From the NCBI GenBank assembly GCA_016839705.1, contig JAEOTR010000017.1, positions 55,396 through 119,395 of the forward strand: a DNA stretch of 64,000 nucleotides. Reading direction: 5' to 3'. A program made the translations under genes and the position numbers. Positions 49,792 to 58,941 of this stretch are shown here, one piece after another. Each line of letters opens with the position of its first letter. Positions within the stretch are counted from its first letter, which is position 1. The stretch is from Promethearchaeota archaeon. GTDB taxonomy: Archaea > Asgardarchaeota > Lokiarchaeia > Sigyniarchaeales > SOKP01. The notes under the pieces are model-generated. The model saw only the letters and a list, made by a program, of their open reading frames with translations, was not told the origin of the DNA and made no database searches.

Positions 49792-50709
49792 TTAGTTCTG
49801 AGTTTCTTCATATTTTCTTAATTCTTCAAGAATATGTTTATCTTGTAAACCAAGTGATTGTAATAAGACACGCAATTGAATTATTGCATTTTCTGCCTTA
49901 ATTTGTTTTGCAATATGTAATGCTCTAATAAATTGATTCTTGGCCTCTTTTTTTTCACCTAGATAGAAATAACTTTCTCCTAAATAGCTTAAACCCTTTA
50001 AGATTAACTCTGAGTAATTAGAATGAATTGCTCTTTTTGTTCCTTTTTTAAAATACTTTAATGCTTCTTCTATGTTATCATTTTTCTTTTGAAGAATTCC
50101 TAAGTTAAAATATGAAGTAATGATTCCTTTATTATCATGAAGCTCTTTAAAAGCCTTCAATGATTTTATATATAATTCAAAAAGAATATCCCATTGTTCA
50201 GTATACTCATGAATGTAAATCAGATTCCCAAGGCAGTCCAAAAGGTTATAAATATCGTCATAGTCTGAACAAATTGCGCTACAATCTAAAAAGACATCGC
50301 AAGCATCATCTAACTTATTTAACTTAATATAATTATTACCTATTCCTTTCAAGCAAGTAATCTGTTCTTGAAATTGATTTAATTCTTTATAAATGTTAAA
50401 GGCATTTTTGTAGAAGTCAATAGATTTAGCAAAATCGCCTTTTTCAAAAAATAAAATACCTAAGACCCCATAAACTGCTGCCTGACCTAATCTATCCTTA
50501 AGTTTTTTGAAATGAACAAGACATGTCATATAATTACTTTCTGACTCTTCATATCTTTCTAATTGTAATTGTATTAGAGCTATATCGCTTAGTTCCTTTA
50601 TATAATTTGAATTTTTCCCTATTTGTTCTAAACTTCTTAAATTTTCTAATTTATCTGCTAAAATTTGATTTAATTCTTCTTCGGTTAACCCTCTCTCGTT
50701 TCCAGTCAT
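49792..50709 (-). CDS. TPR protein
   Basis: Tandem TPR-like units; ATG 50709 avoids overlap with the neighbouring gene. Confidence 0.82.
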   Translation of the reverse strand: MTGNERGLTEEELNQILADKLENLRSLEQIGKNSNYIKELSDIALIQLQLERYEESESNYMTCLVHFKKLKDRLGQAAVYGVLGILFFEKGDFAKSIDFYKNAFNIYKELNQFQEQITCLKGIGNNYIKLNKLDDACDVFLDCSAICSDYDDIYNLLDCLGNLIYIHEYTEQWDILFELYIKSLKAFKELHDNKGIITSYFNLGILQKKNDNIEEALKYFKKGTKRAIHSNYSELILKGLSYLGESYFYLGEKKEAKNQFIRALHIAKQIKAENAIIQLRVLLQSLGLQDKHILEELRKYEETQN

Positions 50710-50749
50710 AAGAAAAAAATAGAAATTATTTTGTGCGAAGCTAAATAGA

Positions 50750-51184
50750 TTATAATAATTTTTCCAGTATTTCTGCTGAGGATTTGACGAAATCAGGACA
50801 TAGGGTTTTAAATAAATTATTCTCATATCCATGTCTCATACCATCAGGAGTGCTAATATCACAATCAAGCAATTTATTACACTTAGTTGATCCATTTACT
50901 CTTATAAAATCATCCATATATTTTCTCACTAAACCATATGTTTTTTCTTTAGATTCCATGTCTCCTATTTTAAAACTTCCATATTTTAATCCAATAATCA
51001 TTATTGCTCCCGACACGGCACCACACGTGTCCCCTAAACGTCCCATGCCACCTCCAAAACCTGTAGCAATTTTTAAAGCTAATTCTCTATCTAACCCGAA
51101 TTCTGGACAATAAGAAGCAAGAATTGACTGACTACAAGAAAAACCCTCAGCAAAATAAGAAACTGCTTTTTTTACCCTCGACAT
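50750..51184 (-). CDS. C-GCAxxG-C-C family putative redox protein
   Basis: FSCSQS, GFGGGMG...TCGAVSGA, GSTKC..LL, LC..FV. Confidence 0.88.
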   Translation of the reverse strand: MSRVKKAVSYFAEGFSCSQSILASYCPEFGLDRELALKIATGFGGGMGRLGDTCGAVSGAIMIIGLKYGSFKIGDMESKEKTYGLVRKYMDDFIRVNGSTKCNKLLDCDISTPDGMRHGYENNLFKTLCPDFVKSSAEILEKLL

Positions 51185-51294
51185 TTTATAAGTCTGTCCC
51201 TTTATTATAAATTATTGCTCAAATCTATAAGAGTTATAAAATTTCATTACTATTATATATTTAGAGAATCAATTTACTATTTTTTCAGCCGAAA

Positions 51295-52419
51295 TTGGTA
51301 ATCATTTTGAAAGTAAAAGCACGATTATTTGATAAATTAGAGGATAAGAAAGTAAAATGTCATGTATGTGCCAATGAATGTACAATCCTTCCCAACAAAG
51401 TAGGTATATGTAGAACAAGAAAGAATTTTGATGGAGAATTATATAGCTTAATCTATGGTTCATTGATCTCGTCTGGTAGTCTCGATCCAATTGAAAAGAA
51501 ACCTCTTTATAATTTCTGGCCAGGAGCTACAGCTTATTCGATTGCATCAATTGGGTGTTCTTTTAAGTGCCAAAATTGCCAAAACTGGTCTATTAGCCAA
51601 GCAAATCCAACAGATAACGGAAAAAATGGTTTTTATAAACTTGAGGGATACGAGGGTCGTGGAATGTCATTAGTTGAAATGTCACCCGAACAATTAGTGA
51701 AAAAAGTCATCAAAAGTGGAGCTAAAACCCTGGCATATACTTATAATGAACCGCTTATTTGGCATGAGTGGATATTAGATACAACTAAACTGCTTAAAGA
51801 AAAAAATATAAAGACTATTTTGGTAACGAATGGATATTCTACTTCTGAGGCGACGAAAGAGTTGATTGAAGTAGGAATTGACGCCGCAAACATTGATATT
51901 AAGGCAATGTCAGATGATTTCTATAAGAAAATATGCGGAGTTAAGTCAGTTCAACCTGTTTTGGATACTGCTAAACGATTTAAAACTAATGGCATTCATA
52001 TTGAAATCACTAATCTAATTATACCGGATTTAAATGATAGTAGGGAAGATCTTCAGAAATTATGTAAATGGATTGTAGAAAATCTCGGAAAGAATACTCC
52101 TGTTCATTTTTCTGCTTATCACCCTGATTTTAAAATGCCTTCAATGAAGCGTACTCCTTATGAAACATTAGATATGGCTTATAACATAGCTAAAGAAAAT
52201 GGTTTATACTTCCCATATGTAGGAAACATAAGTCATGAGGAGGGAAGCAATACTTATTGCCCAAATTGTCATCATTTACTAATGGGAAGAAGAGGATATA
52301 GTTTCAAAAAAATTGATGTGACTGATGATAAAAAATGTCCTAAATGCGCTTATAAATTGAGTGATGATCTTATTGGTGAGATAAATAAACACCCTTCACA
52401 AAGATTTAGCTTCTTATAA
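51295..52419 (+). CDS. amrS: AmmeMemoRadiSam-system radical SAM enzyme
   Basis: CHVC...GICRTR, DPIEKKPL, GCSFKCQNCQNW, AYTYNEP, NTYCPNC. Confidence 0.88.
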   Translation: MVIILKVKARLFDKLEDKKVKCHVCANECTILPNKVGICRTRKNFDGELYSLIYGSLISSGSLDPIEKKPLYNFWPGATAYSIASIGCSFKCQNCQNWSISQANPTDNGKNGFYKLEGYEGRGMSLVEMSPEQLVKKVIKSGAKTLAYTYNEPLIWHEWILDTTKLLKEKNIKTILVTNGYSTSEATKELIEVGIDAANIDIKAMSDDFYKKICGVKSVQPVLDTAKRFKTNGIHIEITNLIIPDLNDSREDLQKLCKWIVENLGKNTPVHFSAYHPDFKMPSMKRTPYETLDMAYNIAKENGLYFPYVGNISHEEGSNTYCPNCHHLLMGRRGYSFKKIDVTDDKKCPKCAYKLSDDLIGEINKHPSQRFSFL

Positions 52420-52448
52420 TTATAAAAAATTAAAAAAAATTTAGGTTG

Positions 52449-53126
52449 TTAAAAATAACCGGAAATTGAAACCCCGACCGCTAGTAATAAAAATCCTTGA
52501 ATAAAGCAAAAAACAACAAATATAACAGCTAAGGGTGGCCAAGAAATTGCTTTTGAAATGGTCATAAAGGCTTTTGTATAAAACTTTGCTGTGAGAGCGA
52601 CTATTGCGAAGACTATTATAAATATAATTGCCAGCAATATTTTTGGATTAACAAAGACTGCAATAACATCAACAAGTTGTTGGGGGATTGCAAAAGCTAA
52701 AATAACTACTACTAGAGAAGCAGCTAAAACACCAATTAGACTTGCAAGTGGTAGATCATTAGCGGGTTTAACAAAAGTTAAGATGCCAAACACAATGAGT
52801 AAAATTGAAGTAAAAAGATTACGAGCATTTTCAGTTGTAGTCGCATAAGCTACTGAAGGAGGAATGTCAAACATTAATCCTGAAAAACCAGAAATTAAAC
52901 CTAATAACCCTACAATGAAACCTATATAAGTTAATCCTTTTAAGAACTTTGTTACATCAAATTCTTTATCCCAATCTTCTACTTTTCTTCTTTTAAATGA
53001 CTTTCTCCGTTTTGTTTCGTATGCAGCATAGACTAGCCACATAATCCCCAAAATTAACAGGAACCAGCCTCCGAGTTTCCCTAGCGGTTTTAATATATTT
53101 TCTGTAAAGTCAAATTGAAATATCAA
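52449..53126 (-). CDS. Hypothetical membrane protein
   Basis: About 6 hydrophobic segments. Confidence 0.7.
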   Translation of the reverse strand: MIFQFDFTENILKPLGKLGGWFLLILGIMWLVYAAYETKRRKSFKRRKVEDWDKEFDVTKFLKGLTYIGFIVGLLGLISGFSGLMFDIPPSVAYATTTENARNLFTSILLIVFGILTFVKPANDLPLASLIGVLAASLVVVILAFAIPQQLVDVIAVFVNPKILLAIIFIIVFAIVALTAKFYTKAFMTISKAISWPPLAVIFVVFCFIQGFLLLAVGVSISGYF

Positions 53127-53235
53127 TTATTTTCACTCTTAAATGTAAATTTAGATTTGTTATTATATTGTTTAAACATACTTAAAAATATATTTCAAAG
53201 GGAGTCCAATGATTAAATTTTGGGAATTTAATTTT

Positions 53236-53352
53236 TTATTTGATGAATAAAACAGAATTCTTGATATAATCTAAATAGACTCTAATTTCCTCTTCTTTTT
53301 TATGTTCACTCCAAGAATATTCCTTAGCCATTAATTCAGCAACTTCTTTCAT
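53236..53352 (-). pseudogene. Orphan 3' fragment of a glycerol-3-phosphate dehydrogenase gene
   Basis: MKEVAELMAKEYSWSEHKKEEEIRVYLDYIKNSVLFIK* is 22/38 identical, ungapped, to the last 38 aa of the glpD at 55977, with the stop at the same position. Confidence 0.88.
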
Positions 53353-53543
53353 ATCATTTAGCAGAGATTCCCATTGTCTCACTGTTGGCAACACCCTTAT
53401 ATCTGTTTGATCCCGCAGATACTCTAGACAAGATTCACCAGGACAGTCTTGAACCTATTACTCGAGCGGTCATTCGAATCGTGAATGGGTTAAAAGACTA
53501 TACTGCCCAAGGATTGCGAGGCCTGGTTCGGAAAAAGGAATAA
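53352..53543 (+). pseudogene. GC-rich 3' fragment of a probable M28-type peptidase gene
   Basis: YHLAEIPIVSLLATPLYLFDPADTLDKIHQDSLEPITRAVIRIV...* with no ATG/GTG/TTG between the upstream TAG (53325) and the fragment start; about 46% GC by hand count. Confidence 0.55.
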
Positions 53544-53558
53544 TTAGCGAGATTCCAT
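53358..53558. repeat. Degenerate direct repeat bracketing the GC-rich fragment
   Basis: TTAGCAGAGATTCCCAT (53358-53374) and TTAGC-GAGATTCC-AT (53544-53558). Confidence 0.5.
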
Positions 53559-53769
53559 GAATAGAATTAGTAATTTTCTTATTAACTTTTCTAACATAAG
53601 AAAATTAATAATATTAATATATAAAATTTCTTGGTTATAACCCTATTTTTTAGAATTATTTTTTTAACTATAATTTTTTTTGTATCTTGTAAAATTTTAG
53701 TATTTCAGAGCTTATAAACCTTATTTTTGATTTTCGAGAATTTGAGAAAGCGAAAGAAAACCCAATATA

Positions 53770-53838
53770 CTAACAAAAAAAGTTAGATTATCTATGAAAA
53801 CTAACAAAACTAACAATAAGAAAATTACAAATCTAACA
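53770..53838. promoter_or_regulatory. Clustered CTAACA motifs upstream of the LAGLIDADG gene
   Basis: CTAACA at 53770, 53801, 53810 and 53833, plus inverted GTTAG at 53782. Confidence 0.4.
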
Positions 53839-53907
53839 CTCCGATGGGATATTTAGCCGACTTAAATCTGAGAATTTTGGACAGATTTTTATGGTGACTT
53901 TAAAGAA

Positions 53908-55881
53908 ATGGGTAAAAAAGAAAGGATTTTAGAATTGATTAAAGAATTCGATGGATTAACTTATAATAAAATAATAGATTTGTATAATGAGAGATTTAAG
54001 TCAAGCTCTATTACTAAAGAAACGGGTTATGTTTTCTTATCAAGATTAATAGAAAGCGATTTAGTTACTTCTGAGCCTAAAGATGATGTAAAAGGAAAAT
54101 GCTATTTCTATAAACCTACTCCAAAAGCATTAAATCAAGATGAGATAGTTTCTAATTTAGCAGAATACGTAAATTCTGAAGAGAAGAACAGATTTCTTAG
54201 CAATCGTAAAAATATCTATGTTGTACCTACTAAATGGGTTAAAGTTAAAACTTCAGTACTAAATCAGATTAGAGAAATCTTGAGAGATCGAAATATTAGA
54301 GTCAAGGAAATTAATAAAATTATTGGTCAAGATTTTTCCAAAATATCTAAAGGTCGTCGCATGAAAGAACAGATTTTTTTTAAATTGAATAATTTAGTTG
54401 GAGACAATACATTAAAAAAAATATTTAACCAAGACTTTATACCTCATGATGTTTATATTGGACAAGACAAATATATACCAATAGAAAGAACCGAAATATC
54501 AGCAGAATTTATATCAATAATGCTCGGAGATGGACATCTCGATAAAGACGGAAGTAGTACATCTATTGCACTCAATATTATTGATGACCCTGATTATGTT
54601 AAATATGTTAAAAACGAGATTATTGATAAATTATTCAAAAAAAATTCTATTTTTGTTGAATATTTCGATTACAAGGCTTCTCCAAAATCTGTTGTACTTA
54701 TTTCAAAAAGAAAGTCGGTACATTATGCAATTTATGAATTAGGAAAATCAGTTCAAAAGAAAGGACTTATTCCAGGAAATAAAGTTAAAAATGAAGTAGA
54801 CGTTCCTGATTGGGTTTATTTTGATAAAGCTGAAAACAAGAATTTTTTAATTTCTTCTTTGAGAGGTTTGTTTGATACTGATGGAAGTATTTCTGTTACT
54901 AAGAAGAGAAATACTCTAAACTTAGCATTTTCGAATAGTTCTTTACCTCTTTGTAAAGATTTCATTCATATGTGTTCAATTTTAGGTATAAAGACTGGAA
55001 ATATCATTAAATCGATTAAAGAAAATGGAAATACGGAATATAAAGTTCATATTTCAAGTAAGTCTCAAATTCAGAAATTTTTTAATAAGATAAAGCCTCA
55101 AAAAATAACTGAAGGAAAAAGACGAATTTTTTTAGGATGCCAATTGATCTATCTAAGTTTAGGTAAAGATATAGTAGAATTAATGAAACAAAAAATTAGT
55201 AGATGGAAGAGGAAAAATAATGAAATGATGTTTAAGTATACCAAAAAAAATGCAGATCTACTAAAAGTTTGGTGTGAAACTGAATTTTTAAGAAATAATA
55301 TTAAAAACATATTTGGATATCCTTTCCTAGAAAAGATCACAGATAAAATGATTGATAAAGCAATTTCAGAAGCTTTAGTATATCGATACACTACCTATGA
55401 AAGTGAGAAAGCAAAATTTTATGTTTATTTATATAAAAAGTTAGGAAATCTTTCTAGGATAAGAGAATATTTAAGGGATATTGGTAATAATGTTATTCCA
55501 GATAAGGCGACAATAAAGAAGTATATAATACAATATTTGGGAGAACAAAAAGTGATTGGTTCTAATAATTTTTTTGAGAGAAATAAAATCACAAGTATTA
55601 CTCTTTACGAGGGTACTAATCAAATTAATTCTTTTCCAAGAAAACTGAGAAATATTATATGTGGTGTCTTGTATGATAAACTTCTTAATTTTTCTGTTAA
55701 CGTTAAGAACTCTTTAATAATTGAACAGTTAAAGGCATATTTCATAAATAATGAAATTCTTCTAATGAATTGGCTTTTAGATCAGAAAAAAAATCCTAAC
55801 TTCTCTCAAGCTTTAACGTCTTATTTTAATGATCTTCTTTTTTTAATTAAAGAGATTTTAAACCAGCTTAGTATTAATTAA
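53908..55881 (+). CDS. Free-standing double-motif LAGLIDADG endonuclease-family protein with N-terminal wHTH/HTH domains and a C-terminal extension
   Basis: AEFISIMLGDG and SLRGLFDTDG motifs, FSNSS; no intein splice-junction residues; LTYNKII...LSRLIESDLV winged helix. Confidence 0.85.
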   Translation: MGKKERILELIKEFDGLTYNKIIDLYNERFKSSSITKETGYVFLSRLIESDLVTSEPKDDVKGKCYFYKPTPKALNQDEIVSNLAEYVNSEEKNRFLSNRKNIYVVPTKWVKVKTSVLNQIREILRDRNIRVKEINKIIGQDFSKISKGRRMKEQIFFKLNNLVGDNTLKKIFNQDFIPHDVYIGQDKYIPIERTEISAEFISIMLGDGHLDKDGSSTSIALNIIDDPDYVKYVKNEIIDKLFKKNSIFVEYFDYKASPKSVVLISKRKSVHYAIYELGKSVQKKGLIPGNKVKNEVDVPDWVYFDKAENKNFLISSLRGLFDTDGSISVTKKRNTLNLAFSNSSLPLCKDFIHMCSILGIKTGNIIKSIKENGNTEYKVHISSKSQIQKFFNKIKPQKITEGKRRIFLGCQLIYLSLGKDIVELMKQKISRWKRKNNEMMFKYTKKNADLLKVWCETEFLRNNIKNIFGYPFLEKITDKMIDKAISEALVYRYTTYESEKAKFYVYLYKKLGNLSRIREYLRDIGNNVIPDKATIKKYIIQYLGEQKVIGSNNFFERNKITSITLYEGTNQINSFPRKLRNIICGVLYDKLLNFSVNVKNSLIIEQLKAYFINNEILLMNWLLDQKKNPNFSQALTSYFNDLLFLIKEILNQLSIN

Positions 55882-55976
55882 CATGTTAGTATTCAATCGT
55901 TATCAAAAATAAAAGAAATTCCTTTTAAGTATAGTGTAATTCGAGAAATTTTGAATTATTTAATTTCAGTTATTAT

Positions 55977-57662
55977 TTAAAGTAGAAATTCAAATGTTTT
56001 CTTATTATAATCAAGGTAAGTTTCGATTTCCTGATTCTTTTTATCCTCAGTCCAAGAGTATTCCTTTGTCATAAGTTCTGCTACTTTTTTTGCAGATTCA
56101 AGCACGAAACTCGGAGCTATCCAAAGAGACATCTCAGTTCGACGGCAAAAAACATCAATCAGATGTGGTGTTAATTCGTTTCTTAGACAATAAATTACCT
56201 CAGCTTTAATGAAATTATTTTCAGCAAGAATTTTTTCCTTTAGAGTTTCATCTTCTTTTATAATTTCTAGAATTTTCAATGCACCCTTACCATATTGTTG
56301 ATATAAATGGTCAGCAACATCACTTTCTAGTTTTATCAGTGAATTTTCTAATGATTGTAGCCAATCTTGTTTATCCAAGCTGATTACATAACGTTGTTTA
56401 GAAAAATTCTCATCTCTTTTGATATTCAGATATAAACCTTTTCCAGCTATTTCTTTAAATAAATCTTCCGCCATACTTCGAAATGCTGTTAATTTCCCCC
56501 CTGTTATTGTTACCAATCCATCTTTTGAGAAAAAAATAATATGTTTTCGGGAGATTTCACTTTCAGTTTTACCTTTCTGCATAACTAACGGTCTAATACC
56601 TGCATAAGTTGAGAGAATATTATCATAACCTAGTTCAGCGTTAGGAAAATAATGTTTTACAGATTCTATTAAATAATCAGCATCTTCTTTTTTGCAAAAA
56701 GGAGTTGCTAAATCACCTTGATAATCTGTATCTGTAGTACCGATTATAGTGAAATCTTTATCTCGTGGTAATACAAAAAAAGCTCTTTCATCAGAAATGG
56801 AACGAATTATAGTGGCCATATTGTTTTTAATGTGTTCCCTTCTATATTGTAAATGAACTCCTTTTGTAGGGCGTATAAGTGGCTTAGGAATATCTTCAGG
56901 ATAATTTTCGATTAGTGAGTCGGTCCAAATCCCGGTAGCATTTATTACCAGAACTCCTTGTACTTCAAAACTGTTACCATTTTCTAAATCCTTACATTTT
57001 ACTCCTATTATCTTATCATCATCTTTAATGTATCCGGAGATTTTACAGTAGCTAATAATATCAGCACCTCTGATTACCGCCTCCTTAAGCGTTTCAATAG
57101 TTAATCTAGCATCATCAACATTATTATCGTAATATACCGCGCCACCTTTATTTCCCTCCTTAATAAATTCTGGTTCAAGTTTGACAACTTCCTCCGGGGA
57201 ATACCATTGATGGTTTTTGTAATTTTTAAACTCAGATTTATCTTCACCTAAAAAATCGTATATTTTACAAGCTCCAATTATATCTCGCTTTTTATATTTC
57301 CCTTCCTCTAGTGCAACGAATAAAAATGGGATGGGTCTTACTAAATGGGGGATATGCATCCTCATCCAATTTCTCTCTGTTGTAGATTCTCGTACTAAAT
57401 CCATATCACCATGGCTTAAATATCGTATACCCCCATGTGCGAGCTTTGAACTCCGTGATGATGTCCCTGCAGCAAAGTCTTGCATTTCGATACAAGCAAC
57501 TTTTAATCCTCTTAACGTTGCCTCCCTTGCAATTCCTGCCCCAGTAATTCCTGCACCTATTATTATAATATCGTATTGATTGTTTTGTAACCTTTTAATA
57601 ATAATATCGCGATGTTTATAATTCCATTTTTGATCAAATAACTTCTCAACTAATTCTGTCAT
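55977..57662 (-). CDS. glpD: FAD-dependent glycerol-3-phosphate dehydrogenase/oxidase
   Basis: IGAGITG, GTSSRSSKLAHGGIRYL, DDARL, RPTKGVH, GTTD, GGKLT, RRT; start ATG 57662 or TTG 57671. Confidence 0.93.
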   Translation of the reverse strand: MTELVEKLFDQKWNYKHRDIIIKRLQNNQYDIIIIGAGITGAGIAREATLRGLKVACIEMQDFAAGTSSRSSKLAHGGIRYLSHGDMDLVRESTTERNWMRMHIPHLVRPIPFLFVALEEGKYKKRDIIGACKIYDFLGEDKSEFKNYKNHQWYSPEEVVKLEPEFIKEGNKGGAVYYDNNVDDARLTIETLKEAVIRGADIISYCKISGYIKDDDKIIGVKCKDLENGNSFEVQGVLVINATGIWTDSLIENYPEDIPKPLIRPTKGVHLQYRREHIKNNMATIIRSISDERAFFVLPRDKDFTIIGTTDTDYQGDLATPFCKKEDADYLIESVKHYFPNAELGYDNILSTYAGIRPLVMQKGKTESEISRKHIIFFSKDGLVTITGGKLTAFRSMAEDLFKEIAGKGLYLNIKRDENFSKQRYVISLDKQDWLQSLENSLIKLESDVADHLYQQYGKGALKILEIIKEDETLKEKILAENNFIKAEVIYCLRNELTPHLIDVFCRRTEMSLWIAPSFVLESAKKVAELMTKEYSWTEDKKNQEIETYLDYNKKTFEFLL

Positions 57663-57839
57663 TTCTATCAAATTTTTAAAGTGATTGTTTTTTAATTAAA
57701 GTTATTTTGATTTTAATTTTCTCAAATGTGAATAATCAATTTTTTAAATCCTATTAAGTCGTTATCATCACTGGTGTATTATCTAAGTTTCGAATGGATG
57801 TACTAATTAATATAACGAAATTATGAACCTTCTTATTTC

Positions 57840-58814
57840 TTAGGCTTCTAATAATTTATGTAGGATAAGAGGCATCGAATAGATATCGTAATAATTATGT
57901 TCAATACATTCTTTTATTAATCCAACATATCTGTTTGGATTCTTTTGATATTTTTTGTAGCATGTGGGAACCATAGTACTTGGAAGTTCATTTTCTCTTC
58001 TCATGTTTAATAATTGTTCTTCAATATTTGTGAGAGTATATCTCTCAAACAATCCCCTAAATCTTCGTCGGCAAATCTGATAAAGATCTATATGATGATA
58101 TTTTGTATTACTTATTTCATAGGGAGTCTCTCCTTCAGATATCATGGGATTTTTATCAAAAAAGTAAAGTAATCGATTAGCAATAAAGGGAATATCAAAA
58201 TGTTTTCCGTTATAAGTTATAAAGCATTTAAATTTAGGGAGAATAATATTTTTTAAATGCTCACAAATAGCAATTTCCTCTTCTAAACCTCGAGCAAATA
58301 GAAGATGGATCTCATACTTCTTATCAATAAAATACCCCACACCTACAATAATAATGGCATTATCATATAAACCAAGTGTTTCGATATCAAGAAATAGTAA
58401 ATCCTCAAGGTTGAAACAAAAGCTTACATCTAAATCATCAACATATTTATTCTTTTTAAGATTTTCATAGTCTTTTTCTTTAATTGATTTCAAAATATTA
58501 TTTGCAGAGTCTCTATATCTTAAGTTTAGAAATCTTAAGTCTTTTAACGTTCTTATTCCTCTACCTTTTAATCTATTTTCTATAAAATCACCTATATAGT
58601 GAACTGTTTTTAGGTTATTCAATAGTTTTCTTCTGGTATGATTAAGTTTTAAATCACTCGGTATATTATCTTCTTGCCAAACGAATTCTATGAATTCACC
58701 CATCCTATTTCTAACAACTCTATGGTTTTCTTTGTACAGTTCTTCTAATTTTTTACCCCTATATTGCTGTACTAGCTGGGTGATATCAAAGCCTTGAGAG
58801 TTGTAAGAAGCCAT
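57840..58814 (-). CDS. YprB-like RNase H-fold exonuclease domain protein
   Basis: FLDIETLG, TYNGKHFDIPF, HHIDLY, HN..D. Confidence 0.85.
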   Translation of the reverse strand: MASYNSQGFDITQLVQQYRGKKLEELYKENHRVVRNRMGEFIEFVWQEDNIPSDLKLNHTRRKLLNNLKTVHYIGDFIENRLKGRGIRTLKDLRFLNLRYRDSANNILKSIKEKDYENLKKNKYVDDLDVSFCFNLEDLLFLDIETLGLYDNAIIIVGVGYFIDKKYEIHLLFARGLEEEIAICEHLKNIILPKFKCFITYNGKHFDIPFIANRLLYFFDKNPMISEGETPYEISNTKYHHIDLYQICRRRFRGLFERYTLTNIEEQLLNMRRENELPSTMVPTCYKKYQKNPNRYVGLIKECIEHNYYDIYSMPLILHKLLEA

Positions 58815-58941
58815 TATCTATAATTAAAAGCTCAAAATATTTAATAACTTATTCTCTTAAGATTTATAATAATACTAAAACAGAATAAGAAAAAAAGAGT
58901 ATCAAACAATTGAAAAAGGTAGTAATAATACACATTATTTT

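Noticed and set aside
53510-53545. CCTGGTTCGGAAAAAGGAA resembling SRP RNA helix 8
   Set aside because: The stem around GGAA does not pair, the AGCA motif is missing, and the segment reads as a protein frame; RNase P hallmarks are also absent
53908-55881. Intein or intron-encoded interpretation of the LAGLIDADG ORF
   Set aside because: It has no N-terminal Cys/Ser block or C-terminal His-Asn, and it is antisense to glpD, which is already complete
57755-57820. CGTTAT/ATAACG inverted pair and a GTGATGA box-C-like motif upstream of glpD
   Set aside because: No matching CTGA D box and weak pairing; insufficient for an sRNA or riboswitch call
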